DNA of 32,000 bases from Planctopirus limnophila DSM 3776 (GCF_000092105.1 NC_014148.1:1230001-1262000); one strand, 5' to 3'. Numbered from the stretch's first letter, positions 1-7,522 are shown. Notes: generated from the sequence alone by a model not told the origin. Made by a program: numbers and translations.

Positions 1-1382
1 AGCAGGTCGTGTGCCATTTCCCCCAAGGCCATTCGGGCGGCGAACTCTGGTAATGGCACGCAGGCATACCGTTTCATCACTCGGGCCAGCACTTGTGTGA
101 ATTCCCGATTTGTCACCGCCTGGGGAGCTGTCGCATTCACGGGCCCTGCTAAACTCGGAGTCGCGATCGAGTGCAAAATCGCCCCGCACAAATCATCCAC
201 CGAAATCCAGCTCCAATACTGCGAGCCATTCCCAGCGACACCGCCGGCACCCCACCAGAACGGTGTCAGCAACTTCTGCAAAGCCCCTCCTCGTGGTGTC
301 AGGACAATCCCAATCCGCAGATTGACCACGCGAATCCCCGCCTTCCGCGCAGGCTCGCACGCCTCTTCCCAGGCTTCGCTCACTTCGGGGAGAAATCCCT
401 GCCCCGCGGCCGATTCTTCGGTCAACACCTCGTCACCGCGATCGCCATAAAAGCCAATGGCAGAAGCACACACCAGGACGGCGGGTGGCTCCTTAAGCGC
501 TGCCAGTCTTTCGCACAACTTCCGCGTTCCCACCACCCGGCTGTCACGAATTCGCTGCTTGAACGCCGGTGTCCAGTGTCCTCCGGCTATGTTCTCACCC
601 GCCAGATGCACGACTGCTTCGACGCCATCGAGCGAACCCTCCTGCACCTCACCCGATTCCGAGTTCCAGATCACATCGGGTAATCCGGTCGCATACACCT
701 GGGGAGTTGGCTTTCTCAATAGCCGTGCGACGCGATGCCCCTGCGTTGTCAACATGGGGATCAGCGTCGAAGCGACTAAGCCTGTAGCCCCCGATACCAG
801 CACCTTCCGGCTGGAAAAACCCGACTCATGCAGTTGCTTCCACTGAGTCAGATCCATCAGCGTCGTGCGATGGCGATAGCCGAACATTGTGGCCAGCTTC
901 TGCTCGACAAACGATCCTCCCAGCCACGCCCCCAATGATCCTCCCGGCAATCGATAACTGATCTCATCCGTCAATTGAGATTCATTGACGCCCAGATTCG
1001 CAAAGCGATGGCGATGCTCGAAGTGAGCAAACGGCCCCCGCACCTGGATGTCGCGAAACTCCTGCCCCCAGACACAGTGGCTATGCCTGGCAACCCATGT
1101 CTGCCGCATCCCAGCTGCAGGAACCGACAGCACCACCTCACCCGCGTTGTCGATGCCACCGGTTCGCGAGATCACACGGATCTCTTCCCAGGGCGGCGTC
1201 AATCTCTCGAGTGCACCCGGAGCCGCATGCCACTCAAACGCTCTCTCGGCACTCACCGGCAGCACCACCGAGCGTTGGAACGATTGAAGATGGACAGGCA
1301 GAGTGGCCTCTGTGGTCAATGTTTGCTCGATCGCTGTCGCTGCATGACTGGCCAAGATGTCTCTCCCACTGCAGTTATTCAC
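1..1382 (-). CDS. SRPBCC-domain + TIGR01777/YfcH-like NAD(P)-binding epimerase/dehydratase-family (SDR) fusion protein; C-terminus runs off the window
   Basis: Absent from the ORF track because no stop codon lies in the window. My translation of the minus strand from GTG at 1382 (in-frame TGA just upstream at 1385-1383) stays open to position 1. It reads ...FEWHAAPGALERLTPPWEEIRV... (SRPBCC-like), then KVLVSGATGLVASTLIPML (Rossmann GxxGxxG), ...HLAGENIAGGHWTPAFKQRIRDSRVVGTRKL..., ...QYWSWISVDDL.... The overlapping plus-strand ORFs at 97-1816 are antisense shadows. Confidence 0.8.
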   Translation of the reverse strand, partial: MNNCSGRDILASHAATAIEQTLTTEATLPVHLQSFQRSVVLPVSAERAFEWHAAPGALERLTPPWEEIRVISRTGGIDNAGEVVLSVPAAGMRQTWVARHSHCVWGQEFRDIQVRGPFAHFEHRHRFANLGVNESQLTDEISYRLPGGSLGAWLGGSFVEQKLATMFGYRHRTTLMDLTQWKQLHESGFSSRKVLVSGATGLVASTLIPMLTTQGHRVARLLRKPTPQVYATGLPDVIWNSESGEVQEGSLDGVEAVVHLAGENIAGGHWTPAFKQRIRDSRVVGTRKLCERLAALKEPPAVLVCASAIGFYGDRGDEVLTEESAAGQGFLPEVSEAWEEACEPARKAGIRVVNLRIGIVLTPRGGALQKLLTPFWWGAGGVAGNGSQYWSWISVDDLCGAILHSIATPSLAGPVNATAPQAVTNREFTQVLARVMKRYACVPLPEFAARMALGEMAHDL

Positions 1383-1556
1383 TCACCAGGGGCACCTCTG
1401 GATTTAAATCAGTTCATGATCGGTTCATGATCAGGTCGGATCGTGAACGCTGCCCAATTCAAGTCCAAAGGAGGGGTGGCCCTCATGAATCGTCACACAT
1501 GAATCATATCACACACCGCCCCCACGACCCATCAGCACCACTTTTCCGGCAATCCC

Positions 1557-1577
1557 GTAGGGTCCGCTGTGCGGACC
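1557..1577. repeat. REP-like hairpin with GTAG head (GTAG-GGTCCGC-tgt-GCGGACC)
   Basis: A 7-bp perfect stem follows GTAG. A near-identical copy lies at 29171-29191. Confidence 0.7.
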
Positions 1578-1723
1578 ATATTCCGCTCGGCTACCACTTT
1601 CTTGCCTGCCACCTTCTCGGGTGCCACTCCCTCGGGTCTAACTTTCGCGGGTGCCACTGCCGGCTTGCCAGCAGTGCTCCTCCCACCAACGAACAAGCAT
1701 ATCCCACGTCCACCCCGCATCTG

Positions 1724-1771
1724 CCACCAACGAGCCGGAAGCGTAAGCGACGGGCACTCGAGAGAGATCAA
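1724..1771. repeat. dispersed ~48-nt repeat ccaccaacgagccggaagcgtaagcgacgggcactc...
   Basis: The same string occurs at 11228-11275, and at 29035-29070 where its 3' part is amplified into a tandem array. Confidence 0.8.
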
Positions 1772-1812
1772 TGGATCAAAGCCACGAAGCGTTCTAACAC
1801 GACGAAAGTCAA

Positions 1813-1890
1813 GTAGGGTGGGTTAAGTCTTCGCAACCCACCAGCCCAGCAGCCCGGTAGGGTGGGTTAAGGCTTTGCGCAACCCACCAG
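1813..1890. repeat. two adjacent REP hairpins GTAGGGTGGGTT-loop-AACCCACCAG
   Basis: GTAG heads at 1813 and 1857. The stem is GGTGGGTT/AACCCACC. The same element occurs at 3593-3624, 3795-3826 and 12595-12626. Confidence 0.85.
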
Positions 1891-2088
1891 CACCCTTGCC
1901 AGCAGTGCTCCTCCCACCCCGCACTCGACTCCCAGCCTTCGTGCTCTTCGTGAACTTCGTGGTAGAATCACATTTCTTACAGGGTGGCCAAAGGCGTATC
2001 TTTGAACAACTGGAAAACGCTTTTCACTAAAATGCATCCAGTGAAACGCAGCAAAGCTCCGGTTGAACTCGTGATTTTGACAGAATCC
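1857..2088. repeat. composite ~200-230-bp repeat (REP + cttcgtga..cttcgt..gaatca..cagggtggcc + hairpin GCTCCGgttgaa.tcgtgattttgaC.GA..C), copy 1
   Basis: Colinear, diverged copy at 3593-3792. The ORFs predicted here (1867-2184, 1984-2169) lie inside the repeat. Confidence 0.6.
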
Positions 2089-2270
2089 AAAAGCGGATGT
2101 GCCACTCTTCTTGCGATGCCCATAACTCAGAATGTGCATGCCGGATTTGCGGATGTTATTGATTGTTAAAAGTGGAAAACACATGCTTGCTCAGCCCCGC
2201 AAGCAGGACACGAATTTCCGAAATTCGTGAATCGCGAGTATGCCACCCCGCCAGGCCAGGAAGAATATCC

Positions 2271-2336
2271 CTTGTGGCGTCACCATCCCGGTAGAAATCA
2301 GAATTTCAACCGGGGTCACCCTGCGATTTATCAGGC
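2271..2336 (-). repeat. degenerate attC-like remnant distal to the last cassette
   Basis: Minus strand: GCCTGATAAatcgcaGGGTGACCCCGGttgaaattctgatttctACCGGGATGGTGACGCC. It resembles the 4558-4648 / 10333-10423 family (same GAAATT loop and ACC(C)GGTGACGC arm), but the terminal GTT box is lost. Confidence 0.35.
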
Positions 2337-2351
2337 TCAGTTTTGATCTTC

Positions 2352-2741
2352 TTATGGTTTAGTGACGCCTTCGAGAGCCGAGAGCCGTTCTTGGGTGAGC
2401 CGGCTGTATGTCCGGTTATGGACTAGAGGACGGATGCTGCCTCCGCGGTAGAGATCCGCCTCAAACGTGGTTTGAGCAGAACGATAATCTCTCCAGAGCT
2501 TCGATGCCTCCGAGAAGAGTCGTAGCGCCTCAGGATCTAAATCTTTGGCGACGTCCCGCTCTTTCTCAACTAGCTTTTTATCTAAATATTCAGCAATCTT
2601 ACTCGACGCAATATTCATTTCAATCTGGGTTAACGCCGACTGGAGATGCGCCTCCAAGTCCCGTAGCTTCGCATCATCAGCACGTAATGCACTGGTGAGA
2701 ACCATCGCCATAAGAACCGCATAATGAAGCTTCGTTTGCAT
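2352..2741 (-). CDS. secreted DUF1311 / LprI-like (lysozyme-inhibitor family) protein
   Basis: 129 aa with an ATG start. Signal peptide MQTKLHYAVLMAMVLTSALRA. C-terminal ASKLWRDYRSAQTTFEADLYRGGSIRPLVHNRTYSRLTQERLSAL matches the DUF1311 pattern (W..yR...C/t.fea....GGS..p......l...R...L). Confidence 0.7.
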   Translation of the reverse strand: MQTKLHYAVLMAMVLTSALRADDAKLRDLEAHLQSALTQIEMNIASSKIAEYLDKKLVEKERDVAKDLDPEALRLFSEASKLWRDYRSAQTTFEADLYRGGSIRPLVHNRTYSRLTQERLSALEGVTKP

Positions 2742-2751
2742 GTATTCTTCT

Positions 2752-2833
2752 GCCTAACGATAAAGGTAACGGCGCCGCTGCCAAAAAAACTATGTGTTCA
2801 AAATGGGCGTCATCGACGGCTACCATTCATCGC
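2752..2833 (-). repeat. attC-like imperfect palindrome (family with 5725-5805 and half-site 4033-4051)
   Basis: Minus strand: GCGATGAATGGTAGCCGTCGATGACGCC...cattttgaacacatagttttttt...GGCAGCGGCGCCGTTACCTTTATCGTTAGGC. CGATgAAtGGTA pairs with TACCTTTATCG. GTTAGGC ends 10 nt before ATG 2741. Confidence 0.5.
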
Positions 2834-2849
2834 TTTGTAATGCGTCTAT

Positions 2850-3455
2850 TCACTTTGTACAGCTTTGTGCGTGCGGCCAATACTCCAGTACATATAACCC
2901 ATCTGCAAGCAGACCCTTGCGAAAGGGTGCGCCTTGTTTCTTTGCCTCTGATACTATTCTGTTCACGTATTCGTCAAGTGATTCACCTTTGGGGCGCGCC
3001 CACGACTTCGCAGGAATTTCGTACGCGGTGACGATCCATATGTTTTCATGATATGCCAGCATCAACACAAGTTGCTCACGGGCACTCCCTTTGAAAAAGC
3101 AGGTGGCCACATCTTCCCGGCCGCCCAAAACGACGAGTTCCGTAAACCAGAGCGTCCAGCGTTGGGACCGTAGGTACTGCCCCAACGACTGAAGCGCCTC
3201 GTCGCGGGCATCGTCTTTGAGTTTGCTGAAGACGGGAATCTTGGGTAGAGGATTTGGAAGTTCATCACCTGAGAAAATGGACAGAAACTCCTCCGCAGCC
3301 GTTTCGGCTGGATGGAATTGCGTTCGGTCGTTCCGTTTCATGGGTTGAACACTCGATGCCGGAGCTCGCGTCCCATCAGCACCCCCACACCCGGAACATA
3401 AGCTTGCCACGGACAGACACAGGGCAAATGGAAAAATTACTTGTAAGCGATTCAT
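2850..3455 (-). CDS. hypothetical lipoprotein
   Basis: Single open frame across the interval. ATG at 3455 (the track start at 3461 is GTG). Lipobox-type signal MNRLQVIFPFALCLSVASLCSGC. No recognisable domain. Confidence 0.65.
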   Translation of the reverse strand: MNRLQVIFPFALCLSVASLCSGCGGADGTRAPASSVQPMKRNDRTQFHPAETAAEEFLSIFSGDELPNPLPKIPVFSKLKDDARDEALQSLGQYLRSQRWTLWFTELVVLGGREDVATCFFKGSAREQLVLMLAYHENIWIVTAYEIPAKSWARPKGESLDEYVNRIVSEAKKQGAPFRKGLLADGLYVLEYWPHAQSCTK

Positions 3456-3486
3456 CAGCACAACGCACCTTGTAAGCGAGTGGTCA

Positions 3487-3590
3487 GCCTAACGACGGGC
3501 ATCACCGAGCACGAGCGGTTGACTCAGCGCAAGTCAAAACGGCCGATCGAGTGCTTCGTGTGCATGCCATGGTTCTGCCACATGTTAGTC
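3487..3590 (-). repeat. attC-like site (104-nt family; also 5194-5297 and 9249-9338)
   Basis: Minus strand: GACTAAC-...GCACACGAAGCACTCGATCGGCCG-ttTTGACTtgcgctgAGTCAA-CCGCTCGTGCTCGGTGATGC-ccgtc-GTTAGGC. The outer boxes are complementary except for 1 nt, the arms pair with bulges, and there is a central 6-bp hairpin. Confidence 0.6.
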
Positions 3591-3592
3591 AT

Positions 3593-3792
3593 GTAGGGTG
3601 GGTTAAGTCTGCGCAACCCACCAGCACTTAACTCTCCCCCAACCTTCGCCCTCTTCGTGACCTTCGTAGTCGAATCAGACTTCCAGCAGGGTGGCCGAGA
3701 GTTGGCTTTGAGCGAGTGGGTGATGTGAATCACAAGAATCGTTCAATGGAGAGCGAGAAGGCTCCGGTTGAAGTCGTGATTTTGACGGAGCC
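3593..3792. repeat. composite repeat, copy 2 (REP 3593-3624 + hairpin GGCTCCG-18 nt-CGGAGCC at 3761-3792)
   Basis: Colinear with 1857-2088. ORF 3524-3733 is encoded entirely by repeat sequence. Confidence 0.6.
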
Positions 3793-3794
3793 AT

Positions 3795-3826
3795 GTAGGG
3801 TGGGTTAAGTCTGCGCAACCCACCAG
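3795..3826. repeat. REP hairpin GTAGGGTGGGTTaagtctgcgcAACCCACCAG
   Basis: Identical to 12595-12626, the hairpin just downstream of the uvrB stop. Confidence 0.85.
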
Positions 3827-3865
3827 CATCTACTACATGTTTACTGGAATTAGCGATCGAAAAGG

Positions 3866-3938
3866 CCTAACTCCCAAACTTCTTCGGCTTCGGAACTCTT
3901 CCGCGCTGGGCAGGCTTTTCTTCTCCACGGGCGGCGGC
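3866..3938 (-). pseudogene. orphan duplicate of the last 24 codons + stop of uvrB
   Basis: The 73 nt at 3866-3938 match 12655-12727 with 3 mismatches and encode ...[22 protein letters not shown]. There is no upstream uvrB body. It ends on the gene strand in GTTAGGC (GTTAGGT in the real gene). Confidence 0.85.
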
Positions 3939-3940
3939 GA

Positions 3941-4035
3941 CAAATTCAAAGGAGTCACGGACTCTTTGTTGTTTCAACAATTTCTTGTGACTGTCGTCAC
4001 CCAGACGTGCAAAACCTCGTCTGGGCCACCCTGCC
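3941..4035 (-). repeat. ~95-110-nt MITE/REP-like element (GGCAGGGTGGCCCAGACG..CGTCTGGGTGACgacaGTCACaagaaattgttg...gaattt)
   Basis: Copies at 5103-5196 and 11281-11388 in the same orientation, and a partial inverted copy at 29290-29345. It contains an 8-10-bp hairpin CCCAGACG(TG)/(CA)CGTCTGGG and a GTGAC/GTCAC hairpin. Confidence 0.75.
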
Positions 4036-4051
4036 GGCTCCCGTTCACCGC
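4033..4051 (-). repeat. 5' half of an attC-like site, truncated
   Basis: The 19-mer gccggctcccgttcaccgc is identical to 5787-5805 (the R''-side arm of the 5725-5805 site). Here it is followed directly by the 3941-4035 element instead of the 3' arm. The TGA stop of gene 4045-4545 lies inside CGGTGAAC. Confidence 0.55.
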
Positions 4052-4545
4052 TTGGTTCTGTCGCGTTCACGCCGATAGGGTTTCGATCCCGGCATGACAT
4101 CTGTCGTCCATGCAGTGGATTCGACATGACCGTCGAGCAAATCCAGAAATGCATACCCAATATCTTTGAGATGCGCGCGATCGATATCAAAGAAGTCCCT
4201 CCCTACGATTCCCAACGAGTTGATGGTGTCAGCGTTCAGCGGTGCATCGGATTTGTCAAGCGCTGCTATCAATGAGTCAATCGCTTTTCGTACGACACTT
4301 TGGCGCTCAGGTGTCGCCGCAGCGAATTCCATTTCGTGAGGGACACATCCGCCAAAATAAATGGATGACGCAAGAAGCCATCGATTTCGTATTTCAGGTG
4401 TTGCCGCGTGTTCGCCAAGGTCGTTAGGCTCGGGAAGGTGTAAGGCCAACATTCGTAGCCATAAAGTGAGCATGCCGTCGGTCATCCAGAAGCCGGGCTC
4501 GTTGCCGGTGGTGCCTTCCGTAATTGTGACAAACGTGGTTCCCAT
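4045..4545 (-). CDS. hypothetical protein (cassette ORF)
   Basis: 166 aa. ATG at 4545 lies 12 nt after a GTTCTGT box. No recognisable domain. Confidence 0.6.
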   Translation of the reverse strand: MGTTFVTITEGTTGNEPGFWMTDGMLTLWLRMLALHLPEPNDLGEHAATPEIRNRWLLASSIYFGGCVPHEMEFAAATPERQSVVRKAIDSLIAALDKSDAPLNADTINSLGIVGRDFFDIDRAHLKDIGYAFLDLLDGHVESTAWTTDVMPGSKPYRRERDRTKR

Positions 4546-4557
4546 ATGGATTCAGCG

Positions 4558-4648
4558 ACAGAACGTCACGCGTCACCGGGTACGCGCGAAAAAATCAGAA
4601 CTTCAAAACCGCCTGACTCGCGTGCTCCGGGGCACGCGAGTGTTACCC
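4558..4648 (-). repeat. attC-like site (91-nt family with 10333-10423)
   Basis: Minus strand: GGGTAAC-act-CGCGTGCCCCGGAGCACGCG-31 nt-CGCGTACCCGGTGACGCG-tgac-GTTCTGT. It has the same two bulged bases as its sister site plus 2 mismatches. Confidence 0.65.
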
Positions 4649-4660
4649 GCCCGTCATTGG

Positions 4661-5080
4661 CTAAATGCACCACAACCCAAACGCTTGATCAACAGCGTCA
4701 CGACCTTGATCGATCACTTTTAGGCACATGGGACAATACAGCATGTCTTCGTACGATTCTAAGTTGGTGATGGCTGAAGAGCAAACGGTACAGTGTTTGC
4801 CGCGCCAATCAGTGACATAGTCGTTTTTGGATTCGAGTCCCGCAAGACGCTGTAAGTCCGATTCGAGCAAATCAATGGCATTAAGCATCGGTTTCGATTT
4901 GCCCCAATGATCGATTGTGATTGAGCGCATCTTGGCGAAATGTAGTGCCGCTTGGGCCAGCAGTTCTATTTTGGCTTCACTTGAGACCAGAGTCATCCGC
5001 TTCGCTATCGACAGGATCGCGCCGTCCTCACGTGAAATCGCGAATGTCGGTGGCGTATCCGGATGATCAAGGTCGAGCAT
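4661..5080 (-). CDS. hypothetical protein with C-terminal CxxC...CxxC (Zn-ribbon-like)
   Basis: 139 aa with an ATG start. Contains ...KHCTVCSSAITNLESYEDMLYCPMCLKV.... Confidence 0.6.
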   Translation of the reverse strand: MLDLDHPDTPPTFAISREDGAILSIAKRMTLVSSEAKIELLAQAALHFAKMRSITIDHWGKSKPMLNAIDLLESDLQRLAGLESKNDYVTDWRGKHCTVCSSAITNLESYEDMLYCPMCLKVIDQGRDAVDQAFGLWCI

Positions 5081-5102
5081 GAGTCTTTGTCCGGTAACAC
5101 AG

Positions 5103-5196
5103 AAAATTCATAGGGGTCAGGACTCTTGGTTGTCTCAACAATTTCTTGTGACTGTCGTCATCCAGACGTGCAAAGCCACATCTGGGCCACCCTGCC
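5103..5196 (-). repeat. MITE/REP-like element copy (same family as 3941-4035)
   Basis: Sits between the GTTAGGC box (5200-5194) and ATG 5080, i.e. in the cassette leader. Confidence 0.75.
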
Positions 5197-5297
5197 TAAC
5201 GACGGGCATCACCGAGCACGAGCGGTTGACTCAGCGCAAGTCAAAACGGCCGATCGAGTGCTTCGTGTGCATGCCATGGTTCTGCCACATTTTAGTG
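5194..5297 (-). repeat. attC-like site (104-nt family)
   Basis: Nearly identical to 3487-3590. The 5' box is degenerate (CACTAAA) and contains the TAA stop of gene 5292-5711. It ends in GTTAGGC. Confidence 0.6.
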
Positions 5298-5711
5298 ATG
5301 GTTCGCGTCCATGTCATCAGGTTCGATGATCGGTGTACCGGCCATGAGTCTGGCCGAGAAGGCATCGAATGATGGGGACAGTTCTCGAAAGTCCTCCCAT
5401 TGAAGCGACGTTGCGGGAATGTCACCGACAGCACCAGTTCCGTTTTCACGAACATCAATTGCATATAGTTCGCCACATCCATCAGTGCCGAAGCCGAGCA
5501 GTCCGGGCGCGAATTCATCAAATCCGTATTCTCGGCTGAATTGCAAAACGTCACGCAACGGCCACATGCACACCAAACCAGAGCCAATTGACTCGATATC
5601 CATTTTTACGGCCCCGTGTTGACAGTGAAAATCAACGAACGATTGCGGCATTGTCTTTGGACATGCCGCAAGGAAATCGTCAATCTCAGTTTGGGTTGGA
5701 ATCAAGGGCAT
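5292..5711 (-). CDS. SMI1/KNR4 (SUKH-superfamily) immunity-type protein
   Basis: 139 aa. TEIDDFLAACPKTMPQSFVDFHCQHGA... and ...LLGFGTDGCGELYAIDV... match the SMI1_KNR4 pattern (N-terminal l..lP..y..f....g; central fg.dg.G..y..d). Confidence 0.75.
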   Translation of the reverse strand: MPLIPTQTEIDDFLAACPKTMPQSFVDFHCQHGAVKMDIESIGSGLVCMWPLRDVLQFSREYGFDEFAPGLLGFGTDGCGELYAIDVRENGTGAVGDIPATSLQWEDFRELSPSFDAFSARLMAGTPIIEPDDMDANHH

Positions 5712-5724
5712 TGGTGGCTTAGTG

Positions 5725-5805
5725 GCAGAACGACAGCGGTAACGGGGCCGCCGCCAAAAAACTATGATTTCAAATCTCGCGTCATCGCCGGCTCCCGTTC
5801 ACCGC
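5725..5805 (-). repeat. attC-like site (family with 2752-2833)
   Basis: Minus strand: GCGGT[G]AACGGGAGCCGGCGATGACGCG-agatttgaaatcatagtttttt-GGCGGCGGCCCCGTTACCGC-tgtc-GTTCTGC. GCGGTgAACGGG pairs with CCCGTTACCGC, leaving one bulged G. Confidence 0.5.
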
Positions 5806-5809
5806 ATTT

Positions 5810-6463
5810 TTATCCGTCTTTTCGCGCAAGATCAGTGACCAGCAGTGGATTCGATTTGCGATGCAGTTCAATGATCTCTTCGCAAGTTGTGGACTTGTTC
5901 ATCAGGCTGTCGAGCTCCGACTGCGTGATGCCGAAGGCTTGAATGAAGTCTACGTGACCGTGCGGAGTTTCTGCCGCCTGAAGCTTTGTGTCATGCACGA
6001 ATGCGAGGCCCACAATGTCAGTTTCATGGTCAGCGCGAATTGGACCGTTGGCAGGAATCCAGTGGTAGTTGTCAAACCATTTGCCAGATTCAAATACGTA
6101 CCGAGCAAGATTCTGCAATAAGTTGCAGACCCAGATTGGTTCTTCCCTTGGCGGGAGCGAGCTCGCCAATCGAAAAGTCATTTCGAATCCGAACTTGCTG
6201 AAATCACCACCCACTGATTCTTCATCGTAGTACAGCGAGGAATATCCGAACGTCACAAAGTGCAAGTGGTCAATGCCCCCATCTTCACACGGATAGGCGC
6301 TGATACCGTCAAGTGGATCAGGACCACCAAGACGGTGGCTTATGATGGTCCCCCAGTGCTTGGGTTCGAGGTCACCATACTCGTCGCGCAGGCTGGCATT
6401 CAACGAATCCCAACCGGGCGATGAGTCTTCGGCGAAACGTCGCTTGTATTCTTTAAGGTCCAT
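5810..6463 (-). CDS. Suppressor-of-fused (SUFU)-like family protein (bacterial immunity-type)
   Basis: 217 aa. ...HLHFVTFGYSSLYYDEESVGGDFSKFGFEMTFRL... is the hallmark SUFU-domain core (H..yvt.GlseLy....e....sG.GfElt.Rl). Confidence 0.8.
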   Translation of the reverse strand: MDLKEYKRRFAEDSSPGWDSLNASLRDEYGDLEPKHWGTIISHRLGGPDPLDGISAYPCEDGGIDHLHFVTFGYSSLYYDEESVGGDFSKFGFEMTFRLASSLPPREEPIWVCNLLQNLARYVFESGKWFDNYHWIPANGPIRADHETDIVGLAFVHDTKLQAAETPHGHVDFIQAFGITQSELDSLMNKSTTCEEIIELHRKSNPLLVTDLARKDG

Positions 6464-6472
6464 AGACGTGAC

Positions 6473-6562
6473 GGATAACGACCAAGATCAGCCGGTTGCC
6501 GCGACTGACGTTCCAATGTGTGCGCAGCCCATCGGCAACTCGGCTGCATCTTTTTGTTACTT
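6473..6562 (-). repeat. attC-like site (90-nt family with 7008-7097, 8064-8154, 8662-8753)
   Basis: Minus strand: AAGTAAC-aaaaagatgcagccGAGTTGCCGatgggc...gcggCAACCggctgatcttggtc-GTTATCC. The GTT box lies 9 nt before ATG 6463. Confidence 0.6.
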
Positions 6563-6575
6563 GCGTTTTGTGCGT

Positions 6576-6953
6576 TCAGTATTCGCCGTAGGGCCAGCCT
6601 GCCTGCAGTATTTTGCCGTCAGACACAATGATTTTTGCCTCACACGGCTTGTGGTCACCACCTCCGCCAGCCAAAACATTATAAGCGTGAATCTTTTTGT
6701 CGCCATCAGTCTTCGTCCTGTCAGCCAGCGACAACAATTCTGCGTAGTCTGCGGAAGGTCTGCCTGCGAGATCATCTTTTGCACTGATGAGCCAACGAAT
6801 CTCGTTCAGGAGTTCGTCTTGTCGTTCCTCCTGGGCTTGCGTCAGTGAATGGGTCGTCCAGCCGTCAACATCTGGGTTTCGGGTGCACCCGCAGACAGCC
6901 ACCAGCCACAGGCTGAAGCTGGCTATCGCCATGTAGGTTTGCGGCGAAGGCAT
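6576..6953 (-). CDS. hypothetical lipoprotein
   Basis: ATG at 6953 (the track start at 6980 is TTG). MPSPQTYMAIASFSLWLVAVCGC is a lipobox-type signal. Confidence 0.6.
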   Translation of the reverse strand: MPSPQTYMAIASFSLWLVAVCGCTRNPDVDGWTTHSLTQAQEERQDELLNEIRWLISAKDDLAGRPSADYAELLSLADRTKTDGDKKIHAYNVLAGGGGDHKPCEAKIIVSDGKILQAGWPYGEY

Positions 6954-7007
6954 TGTGAATGTCCCTTGTTGGTTCCGCAAGACGACAGCCGCCCGGGCAG
7001 TATTTGC

Positions 7008-7097
7008 AAGTAACGGCTAAAATCACGCGGTTGCGGCCAAGTGACTTACCATCAGGAAACGCGCGATCCGCAACTCGCGTGCATTTTTTTGTTCTGT
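7008..7097 (-). repeat. attC-like site (90-nt family)
   Basis: Minus strand: (TGA)CAGAAC-aaaaaaatgcacgcGAGTTGCGGatcgcgcg...ggCCGCAACCgcgtgattttagcc-GTTACTT. The 5' box abuts the TGA stop of gene 7097-7501. Confidence 0.6.
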
Positions 7098-7501
7098 CAC
7101 GTTTTGGGGAGATCGCCAAAGTCGTCGGCGATCAGTTCGATTTCGCCCGTTTCGTGATCCCACCAGTATACCGAATGCTGTAGCGTGTCGGGATGCTCCG
7201 ACATTGGTATCAGCACCAGCAAATCACCGCCACCGTTTGCGCCAATCGCCACGGCGTCTGTCGGAAATGCATACCAGTCTTTTCTCGCGGTGGTTGTTTC
7301 TCGGTCAATGCTACTGCATGTTCGTTGGATGAGTTTGCGATCGGACTCGTCAAGAATCGGGAATAACTCAAAGTGGTCGATCCGAGTTCGAACAGTGCCA
7401 CCATTCTTTTGTACCATCGCCGTCACGAATGACGCCGGAAATCGCACACCGAGTTTCTGCTCGGTCTGCCTGATCCATTTTTCGTCAACAGGGAACGGCA
7501 T
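7097..7501 (-). CDS. SMI1/KNR4 (SUKH-1) immunity-type protein
   Basis: 134 aa. IRQTEQKLGVRFPASFVTAMVQKNGG (classic SMI1_KNR4 N-terminus), ...AVAIGANGGGDLLVLIP..., ...VYWWDHETGEIELIADDFGDL. Confidence 0.85.
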   Translation of the reverse strand: MPFPVDEKWIRQTEQKLGVRFPASFVTAMVQKNGGTVRTRIDHFELFPILDESDRKLIQRTCSSIDRETTTARKDWYAFPTDAVAIGANGGGDLLVLIPMSEHPDTLQHSVYWWDHETGEIELIADDFGDLPKT

Positions 7502-7522
7502 TGCAGTGATAGGTTTCCAGTG

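Noticed and set aside
97-1816. Cluster of overlapping plus-strand ORFs (97-450, 171-683, 457-846, 975-1430, 1097-1816 and others), rich in Pro/Arg/Ser
   Set aside because: They overlap one another in different frames and lie antisense to a long, motif-bearing minus-strand frame (the SRPBCC/SDR gene). Their composition is typical of shadow ORFs in GC-rich coding DNA.
3524-4190. ORFs 3524-3733 and 3867-4190 (and likewise 5231-5587, 7485-7799, 10954-11136, 11325-11532, 11836-12110, 12430-12729)
   Set aside because: They are encoded wholly or largely by repeat sequence (attC-like sites, REP hairpins, the uvrB-tail duplicate). The same peptides recur wherever the repeat recurs, for example MWQNHGMHTKHSIGRFDLR and ...[18 protein letters not shown]. 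They are not independent genes.
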